Positions 11,376 to 25,500 of a stretch of 64,000 nucleotides of DNA are shown here, piece after piece. The position numbers and the translations under genes were made by a program. This stretch comes from Trichoplax sp. H2 (taxonomy: Eukaryota). Position 1 is the first letter of the stretch, and each line of letters begins with the position of its first letter. The notes beneath the pieces are model-generated. The model was given only the letters and a program-made list of their open reading frames with translations. It was not told the DNA's origin and searched no databases. Where the stretch lies: the NCBI GenBank assembly GCA_003344405.1, contig NOWV01000247.1, forward strand, positions 1 to 64,000, in the 5' to 3' direction.

Positions 11376-14289
11376 CTATCGCTGAGCATCATTCTTTTCA
11401 TTTTCGGGAGAATTTGTTAAAACGGAAGTATCTAAGGGCAATCGCTTTCCTTTACAGAAAAAAAACCAGTCATAAAACAATTAACGTTGAATAGATACGT
11501 ATCTTTAATCATTTAAGATTTAAAATAGGAGTATACTGTATGTATCATGGATAGAATTATAAAAAATTTTCATTTATTACAGTATTGGTACGGTATACAT
11601 CTACGATTTGAGGATTCGACATTATTCTAATTAATTAATAACGAGTAACATGTAATATTTAAATTTTGTAAACAGATATAAAGAACTTACTCAACGCTTG
11701 GTTAACTAATTCTCTGTTGAACCTATCTTCCCTTTTGAATTTATTCTAAGATTTTGAATTGCAATAATAATTGATTAGATTAGATTGAGTTAGCTTGCAT
11801 AGACGAAAATGTCAATATCTAGATGTCTAACCTTTAATTCATTTCTATCTCGTTTAGGAAAGACTAGTCTTCGCATTAAGCTAAAATCGGTACCAACTTG
11901 ACTAAGGGCGCGATAAAATTTATTTGTTTCTAATGTGTTCACAAACAATAGAGAACGTCAAAGAGTAAAATTAAAATTATTGCCGCTAATCAATCTGGCA
12001 AATAGTCATGGTATTTTAAAATTGTAGCATTGCATTAGAGTAAAGCACTTTATGTTCTTGATTCTAACCTCCAACATTCCATCTATCGGTGGTTGATTTT
12101 TTCTTATACGATCGATATGTAGGTAAGGCATCACTTTCATCAATTACAGCCGCTAATTCATAAGTTTCACTAGCTGCTTCCACTACTAAACTATCTTCGT
12201 TCAGAATGATTTTACCGTTAGGACCGATACTAACTTGAGGCGCTCTATTTTCACGATCAGGTAGTCGATCTGGTTTCTCTTGGAAATCTTCATTTTCGTT
12301 GGTATCATTACTCTCGATCGCGTTTATATCATGATCGTCAGTAGGATCGACAGCGGCTTCTTGATATTTATGTTTCATGGGATTTGTTGAAGGGTTGTAA
12401 TAGATTAAGTCGCTCATTGTCATTTGACTGCAGTCCAAAGATTGTGACACAGTTTTCTTTTTCAGTCGGCGTCTTTTATTACCAACGCTATCATTACTGT
12501 TATGGTACGATTGTCCTCTTTTCTCTTTACTTGAATTGCTATCCACCTTATTGAATCGATTCCTAGTTAATCGACCAGTTGGCAAGTTTACATTTTGATG
12601 GTCACGTTCATTGGTATTTTCATGATAGTTTGCATTAAAGTATGATCCGTTAGGATTGTTATTGATGATTAAATTATCATCTTTGTTTTTATTAAGGTTG
12701 GTATCGGCATCATTGAGTTGTGAAAGGTGGGTTTCATTATTTTCATCCATAGTTGGAGTTACCTCATTTGCGGTAACTACACTAGGGACGGCTCGTTTTC
12801 TTCCTGCAGTTGTATAGGAAGGATTACTTTGATTGGAATGATCATTTCTTGTCGTCTAAATTGAAAGAGAGAGAATAAAAATGTCATTATTTCTAAATCA
12901 AATTTTGTGCAGTGCAATAATTACAGTATGTTGGTTGATGTCAGAACTAATTGATTATGATCATTGGCTGCTATAGGCAATGCATCATATCATCATTATC
13001 GGTGGTGTTGAGCATGATTGAATAGTAAATTAACTGTAGTGAAATTCTTTGCAGCTCTGATGTTAACCAATGCTATGCTGTATACCAAAGTATCGTCAAT
13101 TATTTGTGCATTCCCTTCTTGGAATAGAGTATACAGAACAGTAATGACTGCTACTGTATGATGGTCATATTAATCCTGTTTGAGATTGGGTATGTCTAAG
13201 CGTATCTAGATTGAATATAAAATTCTTCAAAGTTCATTTTATGGTTCACGAAATGATGCACAACCAGTAAAGTAGAATCTATTGGTTGACAGTATGCAAC
13301 ACAGAATGGAACCAAGTACAATTTAGGCTAACTCATCTTGTATGTTGATTAAAGGCAAATGCTAAAGAAAAATTTAAATGGACATGGAATAGCCTATTCT
13401 CATTTATACATTGGAAGAAGATTGGAATGGATTTGACCAATGGAATCTACTGTCATGCTTGATGATATGGTGTAAAACGCGATTGATTTCTTCATCATGA
13501 TGTCATGCATGGATGGAAACGAGCATCCATGTAGTAAGTTGATGGCAATTTACCTGTACATTATCCGATAGTATTGGTTGACTGAGATGGCGAAATCTTC
13601 TTGTTAAACCAGGAGATGCTTGTGTATTGATTGATTGGCCTGATGTATTTTGAGTTGGTTTTGCATTCTTGATCTTTGATCGCAATCGTCCGTTGACCTA
13701 TAGGCATGTATAAACATTTCACCATTAAACAATCGATGGTATGAAATGAACAATGGTCTACTTGGACGCAATTCTCATCAATCGTGGCAAGAATTGCATG
13801 CTTACGCTCGATATCGTCACTAAAGTATTGCTATAATGAAACTTTGGGTTATCTTTGTAGGTATATAGTGCATATTATTTGACTGAACTATCGTTGTATT
13901 GGCTAAATGGATAATTTGATCAATTGGTTGCTAACTTATGTCGATATTGTTCAGGCAGTACTTACATCTTGTGTTGTTGTTTTGCTAGGCGTAGTTCCTT
14001 TTCTCGATCGGATAGCATCATTGACTGCTAACGTGGATGAAACACCACTCTCTGATGGTTGATCTTTTTCAGTAGCCCCATCGAGGTGGTCTATCTGATG
14101 AGGATTGAAATCATCCGATGCATGGCCATTTGTTGATTGGGAAGTATTTCCTTCTGGCGATGCTGTTGTTGGTGATAGATTGTGATCGTTGGATGATGAT
14201 GATGTTGATGTGTTATTACTACCATGGGTAGTATTGCATCGTCGAATGTGACGCGATGCAATATTGGGGGTAAATTTCTCCCGAGGCAT
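11376..14289 (-). CDS. BDP1: TFIIIB subunit B'' (BDP1), ~493 aa, 6 exons
   Basis: Exons 14289-13966, 13697-13554, 12855-12069, 11929-11832, 11745-11691 and 11449-11376 total 1482 nt in frame. Motifs TMSDLIYYNP and APQVSIGPNGKIILNEDSLVV, and SANT domain RWNVGETNKFYRALSQVGTDFSLMRRLVFPKRDRNELKNKFKRED. Confidence 0.9.
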
Positions 14290-14892
14290 AGTTGAAACCT
14301 AGACTTGAATAAAGACTTGGCTGTATACCCTGAAGTGATATCACTTCAAGATTACTTGGTTGTTAATGGACGATGCAAGAAGTTGCTATTCCAATCTAAT
14401 GAATTCTTCAAGTGTTTTCCAATAGCAGTAAGGTGCAAGTGGCTTAATCTTCACTCAATTGATCGATTGCTTTCGCAGAAGGATCATCCTTCTCGCCTAC
14501 ACTCTTCTATCACCAATGTTGTAATAGCAATCGACGATCATCTACTCTCTTCCTTTAACAGTTAACAACACCAACAATCCTGCAAGATTAAGGCGGATTG
14601 GGGAGAAAAGATGGCAGACAAAATTGCTGTCGGATGAGAAAATGGTTCTCCTGTCAACAGTGTACAGTATAGCCTGGGTTGGATAAGCCTACTAGAGGCC
14701 TGTAGTCTAAGTACGCCGTGTAAGGGACATTAGCCAGCAGTCTAACCGTTGTAGACGTCAGCCATACATGATACTATTGCCTGCTATCACTATGGTGTGT
14801 AGCATGCAGTAGTAGTGATACTTTTCCACTGGACAGACAGGCCCGGACGGAGTCCTTGGTCAATCTCTACTTACAATAGACATGTTTGAGTC

Positions 14893-15156
14893 GAATCATA
14901 GGAGTAGCGCGGATATTCGAAAGCCGCGAATCCAATCGGATTCGAAGTCGGATCTTAATCCGACTGCAATGGACGCTGTCCGTCGGTAAAATTCTTGAAG
15001 ATTGATTGGAAATAAAATGGAATGAGTCATAAGAGCAGTGCGAATATTCGAAAGCCGCGAATCCAATCGGATTCGAAGTCGGATCTTAATCTGACTGCAA
15101 TGGACGCTGTCCGTCGGTAAAATTCTTGAAGATTGATTGGAAATAAAATGGAATGA
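14893..15156. repeat. Tandem duplication, 131-bp unit, 2 copies, each with two short stem-loops
   Basis: ATATTCGAAAGCCGCGAATCCAATCGGATTCGAAGTCGGATCTTAATC(C/T)GACTGCAATGGACGCTGTCCGTCGG..GGAATGA at ~14913 and ~15044. Confidence 0.92.
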
Positions 15157-15199
15157 ATTGACTTTTTGCACGCGTTAAATTGCGGTATTTTATTCCCCT

Positions 15200-15842
15200 T
15201 TTTTCCCCACTCTCAAGGGTATATTTTCAATGATTACATAGTTAAAAAAGAATTTGCTTCATTTTTGATTGCTTCCGAGTGTTACGGTATATGACGCCAT
15301 TTTGCACGGTATATTCTTTTTTTCCTGCTCTCAAGGGTATATTTTCAATAATTACAGTGTTGCAATAATTTGTTCCACTTTTTATTGCTTACGAGTATTA
15401 TGGTATGTTATTACGATATATTATTTTTTTCCTCTTTTTTTCTTGCTTTCAAGAGTATATTTTCAATGATTACAGTATCAAAAAAGAATTCGCTCCATTT
15501 TTGATTGCTTCCGAGTATTAAGGTATATGACGCCATTTTGCACGGTATATTATATTCTTTTTTTCCTGCTCTCAAAGGGTATATTTTCAATGATTACAGC
15601 GTCGCAATAATTTGTTCCACTTTTTATTGCTTACGAGTATTATGGTATGTTATTACAATATATTATTTTTTCCTGCTCTCAAGAGTATATTTTCAATGAT
15701 TACAGTATCAAAAATAATTTGCCCAACTTTTTATTGCTTCCGAGTATTACGGTATATTATTACGGCATTCTACACGGTATAGTATTTTTCCCCTTTTTTG
15801 CCTACTCTCAAGAGTAAGAAAAAATGATTACAGTATCAAAAA
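15200..15842. repeat. Tandem array, ~110-125 bp unit, ~5.5 copies, with ~236-bp dimeric higher-order structure
   Basis: CTCTCAAG(G/A)GTATATTTTCAATGATTACAG recurs at ~15210, 15328, 15446, 15569, 15676 and 15805. Units 1/3 and 2/4 are most alike, giving twin ORFs at 15269 and 15505. Confidence 0.9.
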
Positions 15843-15864
15843 TAGATTGCCCAATCTGCTTCAA

Positions 15865-16950
15865 TTTCAAAAATTGTCGAAATCCAACCCGATTTTACGC
15901 ATTGGCCGAAGAACCTTCTACATACAAGTAGAATAAAGTGAAGTGGAAGGTGAAATATCGCTTGTTGTTGTGGTATTTTGAAGGTAGGCCAATAATGGGA
16001 TAGCATGGACGCAAGGAAGGTTTCTTCCACCATCCTAGTCAATGTCCTCCTAGCGCTATACTATACATCCTGTACTATGGCTGACTATAGAAGGAGTATA
16101 CTGTAGAACAAAACTATTTTACACAGAGGTAGCAGACAATTTGAAAAATTGTCCAAATCCAACCCGATTTTACGGATTACCCGAAGAACCTTCTACATAC
16201 AAGTAGAATACAGGCAAATGGAAATATTACCTGTTGGAGTATTTTGAAGGTAGGATTATACTGTAGAACAAAACTATTTTGCATCATCGGTCCAGAGGTA
16301 GCGGACAATTTCAAAATTTTATCCAAATCCAACCCGATTTTACGCATTGCCCGAAGAACCTTCTACATGCAGGGTGTCTCATCAAAAATCGACGACGATT
16401 GAAGTTCTATGAAAACACAATTTCAACACCAAATTAGACAAATTTGGTATCAGTCTATTGCAAATAAGACGCTTTATGTAAATATGTAATTTCAATTTAC
16501 ATAAAAACCTTCCACATACAAGTAGAATACAGGCAAGTGGAAATATTGCTTGTCGGAGTATTTTGATGGTAGGATTATACTGTACAACAAAACTATTTTT
16601 GCATCATCGGTCAGAGGTAGCGGACAATTTGAAAATTATCCAAATCCAACCCGATTTTACGCATTGCCCGAAGAACCTGCTATGTGCAGGGTGTCTCATC
16701 GAAAATCGACGACGATTGAAGTTCTATGAAAACACAATTTCAACACCAAATTAGACAACTTTGGTATCAGTCTGTTGCAAATAAGACGCTTTATGTAAAT
16801 ATGTAATTTCAATTGACATAAAAACCTTCTACATACAAGGAGATTAAAGGCAAGTGGAAATATTACTTGTTGGAGTATATTTTAAAAGGGAGGTTGATAA
16901 TCGGACATCATGGACGTAAGGAAGTTTTCTTCCACCATCGTAGTCGAGCC
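15865..16950. repeat. Complex repeat region with a ~317-bp tandem duplication and partial copies
   Basis: AAATCCAACCCGATTTTACG..CCGAAGAACC at ~15881, 16156, 16325 and 16642. GGGTGTCTCATC..AAATCGACGACGATTGAAGTTCTATGAAAACACAATTTCAACACCAAATTAGACAA at ~16372 and ~16689. Confidence 0.88.
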
Positions 16951-17185
16951 AGTACAAGTACATGTATTATGATTGCATACTGTATGTAGTATACCGTACT
17001 ATGGTAATAGTGCCTATCCTATGGCTGAGTAGAGGAGTCTACAGTACAACAAAACTCAGCCTGGCTGTACTGTACTGTGTTTCCGCTCCCGGGACCGTCC
17101 GCACGCCCATCCATCCGACGCAACCATCCACCTGGCTTTTGCTCGAGGTGCTGCCATTGGTACAAAAGCCATCCAAGAATTCATC

Positions 17186-20100
17186 ATGGCGCTGTCTACC
17201 AAAGACATGAATTCTCTGCTTAGGTAAGAATGATCATTTCCAATCGATATCCTTGTCCAATACCTCATTTATTCGTAAGGATAATGTATTGATGTTCGTG
17301 GAGAATCCTTTGATTGCCATGATAAAGTGGTAGATCTACTGTAAATAGTCTTGAAAGTTGAACTCGTCTATGACAAGGTTATTGTCGTCGAGGACGAAAC
17401 AAGTTCCAACGCCAGTCTACAATTGCTTTTACGACGAGCCGGCATCAACTCGGATTTGATTTTGACACTCTTGTATCTACCTGTACTCATAATGTCATAT
17501 AGCTATTCGTGCTTTATTAGCTGTTATTCATTGGCCATGACAGAGGATGCCATTTTTTCATTCAATGCAATGGAATCGTCTAATCGAATTATGAAATAAG
17601 GGAAACTTTCACATACAACAACTTGAAAGGCAAATTCATTCTGCTATTCGATTGATCATGCTGCTTGAACACGTTCACTATTGGCGATCATCGACTCAGC
17701 ATGCCGATAACATAGTCTATGCTTAATCAATCATCTGATGCATACAGTTTTACTTCACTTAGCAAGGTTAAAGCTATGAGCCATGGCATATTGATCTCTC
17801 AATCAGTATTACGATGCCAAAACGATCAACTCTGTCCTTCGTTGATCACGCCATTGACCCATGTCATGATTGCAATTACTTTGAAATTGCAATCTTTCAA
17901 CCTCATCAATCACAAAGATGGAACAGAAAGGGATCAATCCTTCTATTCTTTCTGTTACATCAACAAGTAAGATTGGCTTGCAGTCATTTTATCCTTGGCT
18001 AATAGCCTATTCTATCTATACACTAACTTGGATAGACTTTGGGTAAAGACTGTATCCCATCTTCTGCTTTGCTTGAGCCATTTTATTTTACTAGATAGAC
18101 GCAAAATATTCACAAACCTCACTCGCTTGCAATCATAAGTAGTAATAGCAGTGTGTGATAGATGATGCAGGGTATTTCACCCAGTCTAAATCTCAATATC
18201 CAATCACAATGATGGATTGATGAAAGCATCACTGTCTTAAATAGTATCATCATGACTATTATTAGTAGCCATAAAATGAACATGATTTACAATTTCAACC
18301 CTGTGGTAAAAATTACTTTTCTTTCCTTTGCTATTTTGATTGTGACATCTAGTGTTATTTCCGAAGAAAATTTGACTGTATCTTCCTTGGAATCTTTGGC
18401 CTCTTCTGTTCATCATTTCTTCGGTAGACAGGATCATTTCAAGTTAGGAACAGCGATGGTAAGAGAGATTAAAGTCATTTTCTAATCTTTTTTTTTTTGG
18501 ACCGATATAATAATACTAAATACATTAATTTTTATCAATGGCGATACTTAATTTATACAGTGTAAATTTGCTGACATGCAATTGTATGATAGTTAGCATT
18601 GCACTGTTTTATATCGTCATTTTAAAATCATCTTTCCTATGGTAACTACGACTGTCAACAGGGTCATTATGTGTAATAACATGCTCCAAAGTAGCAATAG
18701 TCACATTATAGTCATGACACACGCTACCTAAGTATAATATTGACAACAACTATTTATTCAATGATGATTTATTCACGCCTGGCTCAAAGTATCCATATTA
18801 TGCGGCTACTTCATACTTTTATGCTATTGAATTTCGATATCGGATTGCTATCAAGGTCTGCAAAAATTAAATTTCCCTTTCTTTACTGTACTTAGCTGTA
18901 CCTAGGATAAAATTTTGATACCTAGCGCATTAATCGTCAATCATGTTGATGTCCTTGTAAAATGCAAAAATAATAGACTTGCTAACAAAGTATTAATATC
19001 ATAATTTTTAATATCCATTTTGTGTGAAATTCGCGGATTCAAAGGCTTTTCAGTCTTGCCGATATAGAATGAAGTATCGACATATGAATGTGCAAACATA
19101 CTTCCGTTAATCGAATTCATTCTATATATATATACATTACTAGTGTAAGAAAGATACATACTGTGCAATATTCTATAATCATGCTATTTTTGAATATGTT
19201 TCCTATTAATGACACGATACTAGTTGCGCTTCTATCACTTTCCCAGTGTGAAGAATAATATAATAGACTAATCTCCTACTTATTTGAATACAATTTTGAC
19301 CATTTTTGATGCAGATGATGGCCTTGACAGTTTTGAATATCATTTGAATGTTTGAAAGTGATCATAAACTTATAAAAACTTTTTATTTTTTTACAGCTAC
19401 TTTATCAAACTGCTATATAATGCGTATTGGCAATGTGTATGATAGTGTTAGAGCTACCCTATATTGCTACCACTCTTGATATCCGTGTCGATCGATACAA
19501 TGTAATAATAGTACATTCGATTGATTGTAATGACAGAAATTATTATCACACAACTACCAGTACGATCCTATATTGCTTTAAAATCGTACTAGCTCTATGC
19601 ACTTTTCATTTTTCGTAGACAAGAAGAAAACAGTTATACTGTGCAGGATCAATGACTATAAACAATAAATAAAATATTAATGTCTTTTGTTCATGTTGGA
19701 AAATAGACGGTTTTACTGCAGCAATCGGACCTGCTCTCTGGTTCCGCTCAGAAATGTGCTATCATCTATCTGCTATATGATATGTACCGTAACGAACCAA
19801 TTACATCAAATCCTTTCGCTACCGTGTTTGCTTATTTAATGCTGGATAAGGTAATCAATCGATCACAACTGCTCGTGGGAACGTAGCTATATATTACATT
19901 GTTATATTTTTTAGCAACTTTATCGTCATGACAAATATCGGGTGCATTGCTAACTCTATTCAATATATAGCTAGCACAAGTGGACGTACTCTAACCGTTT
20001 GAAATGACTATTAATACTTTGTATCTATCGGATCTTTCTTGGTCTTTTCGCATGTAGGATCAGTCTAGTGATATTGGTGTTCCAGAAAAGACTCTGTTGC

Positions 20101-22271
20101 CACCTTTGACACCGGTTGAAAAGAATTTCTTATACCAACTTATCAAAGGGCCACCATCAAAAGATGTAAGTTGTTTATTACTGAATAAGGAAAAAGTTAT
20201 AACTCTATTTTTATACAATATATTGATTTTGCTAGTTATGATTATGTTGCGACTTGACACAGAATAGCCTTGACAAATAGAGTATAAAATTCTTCATGCT
20301 TTACATTCAAAATTCAGTTGCAAAAGAAGACGCCTACCCAAGTTGCTAATGGAGAAGCTGATCCCAATCAAGTGTATGATGTAGAACCGTTTCTAGAGAT
20401 TTTACGGTCACGATTTGTCCAAACCCCGTTATGTAATAAATCTGGAATATCTTGTGTTATAGCCGATCCAGATAATGAGAAAAGGTACCGTAGTCCTGTC
20501 TATCGATCCTTTCCTTACTTGATAATAGTAAATTATTGACTATACCATGGTAGTTCATAAAATTGTTGGCATCGATTTCATATAGATTATAGCTGACGAT
20601 AGTTAACTAATCTGTATAATTAAATTTTGTAATTGTTCAATAGTATGACGTTTGATATCAACGAAAAGTCTCAAGTGATTGAATCGTTACTAACTGGAGA
20701 GTGTTCGGTAGTAACGAAAGCTTTCCAACCTGATTTCTGTTGTCTTGTTCCTCCCTTATTGAAATACGATAATGAAGTAGGTTTATGTTCTGAACATAAA
20801 TAAGACGATACACATAACTGCATTCTACTGATTTACCAAACTGTTTGTGTACCTACCTTTGTTTGAGCAAAACGTAAGTGTTGTAATAATTTGACTGCAT
20901 TAGTTAACGTTTATGATTCCTGATGGTGAAGAGCGCGAATTTGAATGGGATAGAACAATGTGCACTAGTAATAGTGTCGGTACGTAATCCAGTGTTCGTT
21001 AAACTATTTTCTAATACTTTTGCAACTTTAGGCATATGCTAAACTATGAATTGAATTTATAACCATAGGTCTAGAAGTTCGCAGATTAACTGCTAAAGCT
21101 TTTACTGGAGCCTTGTCAGCCCAAGAACAACAGGTATGTTATTGTAATCTGTTTTGGATTGGTAGTTGCTCACTATCTGATATGATTATTTTTGTCAATA
21201 TTCTACTACAGCAAGTTCTTTCCGAATTAGAAAAGGATCAAAAGTTAGTGTACCATATTGGAATTACTCCGAGTAAGGTAAAAAGAAATACGCCTACTTC
21301 CCAGAAAGTAATTGGGTATTTATTACGTTGGTTATTCGCCATTAAGTCATGTTACCTTTTATTACATGTTTTTTCCTCTTGAAATTTAGTTACCTGATCT
21401 TGTTGAAAATAACCCACTAGTTGCTATTGAAGTATTATTGAAACTAATGAAATCAAACCAAATCTCTGAGTAAATTTAAAACTATCTAATCTTTTGAAGC
21501 AATAGTGAGATAAAAAACTTGAATATGAATAAGCAATGTACTTTATTTCTACGCAGATATTTTTCTACCTTGGTAAATATGAATATGTCATTGCATTCTA
21601 TGGAGGTGGTTAATCGCTTGACTACGGTACAACGTTAATCAGGATATTTCTCTGTACAATCGATTGGCTGCTAGCTATCCGTTATGCCCATGCATATGAT
21701 GAAATCTCTGTTTAACATACACATGTTATTAAATTGTAGGCTGTTGATCTTCCTCCAGAATTCCTTCAGTTGTATATTTCCAACTGTATTTCTAGTTGTG
21801 AGAATACCAAGGATAAGTATATGCAGAGTCGTTTAGTTCGTCTGGTAAGCAAAATTTTGATCTTATTTCAATTGCAGCTATCACTCAATTGTACTCTTCT
21901 TTACGTACCTGTTTGAACAATTTACAATTCCTGTCAATAGGTTTGTGTATTCTTACAGTCTCTGATCAGAAATAAAATTATTAATGTTCAAGTAAGTTAT
22001 CAATTGGGGTTGACTGTACGCGTTTTGTTCATCAAGCGCCAATTGTTTCTCTTTCAAAGTCAAAATTTAACGCAGTCGGTAATGTTTTTGTAATAGTCTA
22101 TCATCATTGTACAATTCATAGGATTTATTCATCGAAGTACAAGCCTTCTGTATCGAGTTTAGTCGAATTAAGGAAGCCGCTTGTTTATTTCGCCTTTTAA
22201 AAAGCCTTGATCCAAATGAGTCAGATCAGAACAACAAAGATGCGAGAGACGGTGAAAAAGAGAACGAATAG
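17186..22271 (+). CDS. CNOT11: CCR4-NOT complex subunit 11, ~14 exons
   Basis: [64 protein letters not shown]-terminal [59 protein letters not shown] and [23 protein letters not shown]. All junctions are GT-AG. Confidence 0.95.
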
Positions 22272-22599
22272 CGTTAACTGAAGTTGTAATTACTTCGTTA
22301 TTATCGAGTATTTTCTCAGACATAAATGCCCAATCGACTGTATTAAAAACTGTACATACAATAGGGTTAACTATTTTAGTACCTTTTGCCAGTCTTTGGC
22401 TGTCAATTCAAAATTCGAAGGTGTAACCAATTAAAAATCAAATTTCTTGGAAATAAATGTTATTTTATTTGTCACCGTTAATGGATGAACGATTCAATAT
22501 TTGCATGTTTAATATAAGAATGACTATACCAGTAGGATGCTTTCGTGAAATTGGTCCTGTAATATACTATAGTCATTCTAATTTATCATAGTAACTTAG

Positions 22600-25500
22600 T
22601 CATAAAATAGTTTTGAGTTTTTCAAAAAGATATTCTTTTCTCCGTGATTGATTCACTTGGTTCCATTCAAAATAAGGAATCTATAAACGTACATATAATA
22701 ACAGTAAAGGTTACGCTTCATATACATGGTAATACCAATACTGACTACTCACGAACTCTAATGAACTACCGAGAGTTGCAGTAAGATTTACGCTATTATC
22801 ATGTACCTGGATAACCTGATGACCAAGCAAACTTAAATGCCTGTATTTCATTTCGGTAGGTCCTTTAAGTTGGTAAGAATCAACGAGAAAATGATCAGGG
22901 CCATCGACTTCGATGCAAATGGATTGATTAATATTGTTCGAGTCATTGTCATGACTCGATGGATCTTTGCCGTTATACTGTAAAAAGATATCGGTAGAAT
23001 ATCCACAATCTAATTTGTATTCGTTAAAAATGCGATAATTTTGATCTTGACAAAGGGGAACCAATTCATTATATACACTTTCATGTAATCGAGACTTGTT
23101 TGTTGCTTGATCTATAAAGCTGTTGAGTAATTTTTGACGATAAGACTGAGAAAGTAAGTGATCATGATTGGAATTATATTCAAGCCTAGTCGCCAGATCG
23201 ATTTGATACAATTGATGCTCGCATTTCCGTTCACCTGAAATTCAAACATACATATATGTATATGTTAAAGTTCAATCAATCAGGTTAGACACTTGGAGCA
23301 CAAAATATTATCAATACTAGCACCGTGAAAGTCTAATAATTCATTATTTCAGGAGTGCACATACATACAGTATAATACGCATTTGATTCATTACTGGAAA
23401 CGACTAATTGTTAGATTGCCCTTACATTTCAGCCAAATGATGTCATTCTAATTGTAATTTCATTTTGTTGAATACATTAAAGACTATAGCACTTTTGTCC
23501 TACTCTTTTGAATCTACGAGTGTTTCTACATTGAATCAATATATAAAATGCTGTAGATCAACTGTAGACTTTATTGTTAAGCAGTTCAGATGAGTAACTT
23601 ACGAACTGTGTGTAACTGACCTTTCTTCTATAAAGCTACTGTAAGGATTACGTATTCGAGATCATGAACTGATAAACGAGTTGATTCAAATACCAGATTA
23701 TAGCAATATAATTTACACAATGCGGATTGTAATGTTTCTATCCTCAGTATTTAAACATATTTCTAGCCTGTATAACATGCTGTCAATACTAGCATAATAA
23801 TTGTTCAAATTTCATTTTTTGCTAATCAAGCTATCCAAGTTTAGTACCATAACTACAAGTCGAATGCAACTTTTCTCTCTTCAACAAAGCTATTATTGTC
23901 ATTATGATTAAGTCAGAACGATGAAATGTTATGCAGTAATGAATTTCAAATACCTTGTAAATCACTTTGGTTCATGATATCTTGGACAAAGTTAGGTTGT
24001 AAGACTATAGAAATCAACTCTAACGGAAATTGTTTCATAACTATCAGTGACCACACAAAAGTAGTTAATTCAAATGGTTGGAATGTAGTGACGGATTTAA
24101 TCCCTTGACTTATCAACATATCATTGATTGGCTGAACGCTAAAATTTAGGTTAGAAAATGACCAAGCGATATTAGCAATACTTTGGCAATTTAAATTTTG
24201 ACTTTGAGTCAGGATATGATCAACTAATTCGGTAAATAGAGGTTTGTGCAAATAAGACTGCCAAGAATATGCTAGCGCAATATTTGATAATCCTTGTGGT
24301 ACGACATCTGGTAAATGGGTAATTAAAGTATCGGCCAATTTATCGTACATATCTTGATTAAATATCTCTAATTTACTCATAGCCCAAATACTGTTACATA
24401 AGTCCTGTGACCGAAAGCTACCAATTTGTTGTACTCGTTGCTTAAAGATATCAATAGCTTGCCTACTTGGAGTATAATTAACAGTTGCAAGCGACCATAA
24501 CACTAAAGATAAATCATGCGAATAGAATTGGCGGATATTATTGATTGTAGAAGTAATTAGTGTATCCATTATATCTTTACTCCAGTAATTTATCTTTGCT
24601 GACGCCCACATTACTGTAGCTACATATCGAGGTGGCAAGATTTTGATTTCTTGAATTATTTTGGAATAAATAATATTTAACATTTTATGATGACTATAAT
24701 CAGCTAATGCAAATATTCTTAGCATTGGTATGATATCTTCTATTATAGGGGTAGGAGAACTGATCTTGTCCATGGCTAGCTGAATGACGGATTGAAACCA
24801 AGGGCGATTTTGGCATTGAGCAGTAAGGCATGACCACAATATTAGGCGTACATTTTTAATGTTGACTTTATCGCTTCTACTTAGGATAGTGGTTATACAT
24901 CGATGGAAAAATTGTTCATCAAAATATCCGATAGCTGTATATAGGTGTAAATAAGAACACAGATCGTCGATAGCGAAATCCTTTAAATTTTGCTGGAGTA
25001 AATGTTGCATAGTAGTGTGTAGGAAAGGTTGATTGATATAATGATCTTTCTGTCTAGCATGAAGTTGTAAGATGTATATTAAATTTTTTGGAAACCATTT
25101 TGATCTATCTTGCAAGAATTGATCGTGACAGTACCCCAATAAAGGAGTGACATCATAGTTTAGCTGTGATAAGGTAAAGAGTATGCGAATAAAATCAGTA
25201 TTGGTTATCGTGTCGATATTGGACTGAACTCGATCCCTGATTTTGGTCAATATAGCATCATTGTTAAACTGTAATTTAGCACAAGCCCAGGATACATTGG
25301 ATAACTCGTACCATTTCATTTGATTAGCATGTCGAAGGAATGGATCAATTAATTGTTGCAAGAGTGCATCTTCCATCCAACCAATCTTTCCTAATGTATA
25401 GAATATCGTAGCCACTTCTAATGCATTGAATTTGGCTGCACGCTGACAACATTCATCCAGTAATGATCGCAATAATCGAGTAGGTCGATCATCAATTTTA

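Noticed and set aside
11376..14289. BDP1 looks truncated relative to the very long human protein
   Set aside because: The frame is intact and the SANT core is complete. Short BDP1 proteins are normal outside vertebrates, so it is not a pseudogene.
15200..16950. CRISPR-like repeat/spacer appearance
   Set aside because: Sequences between the conserved cores are homologous to each other rather than unique spacers, units exceed 100 bp, there are no cas genes, and the context is eukaryotic.
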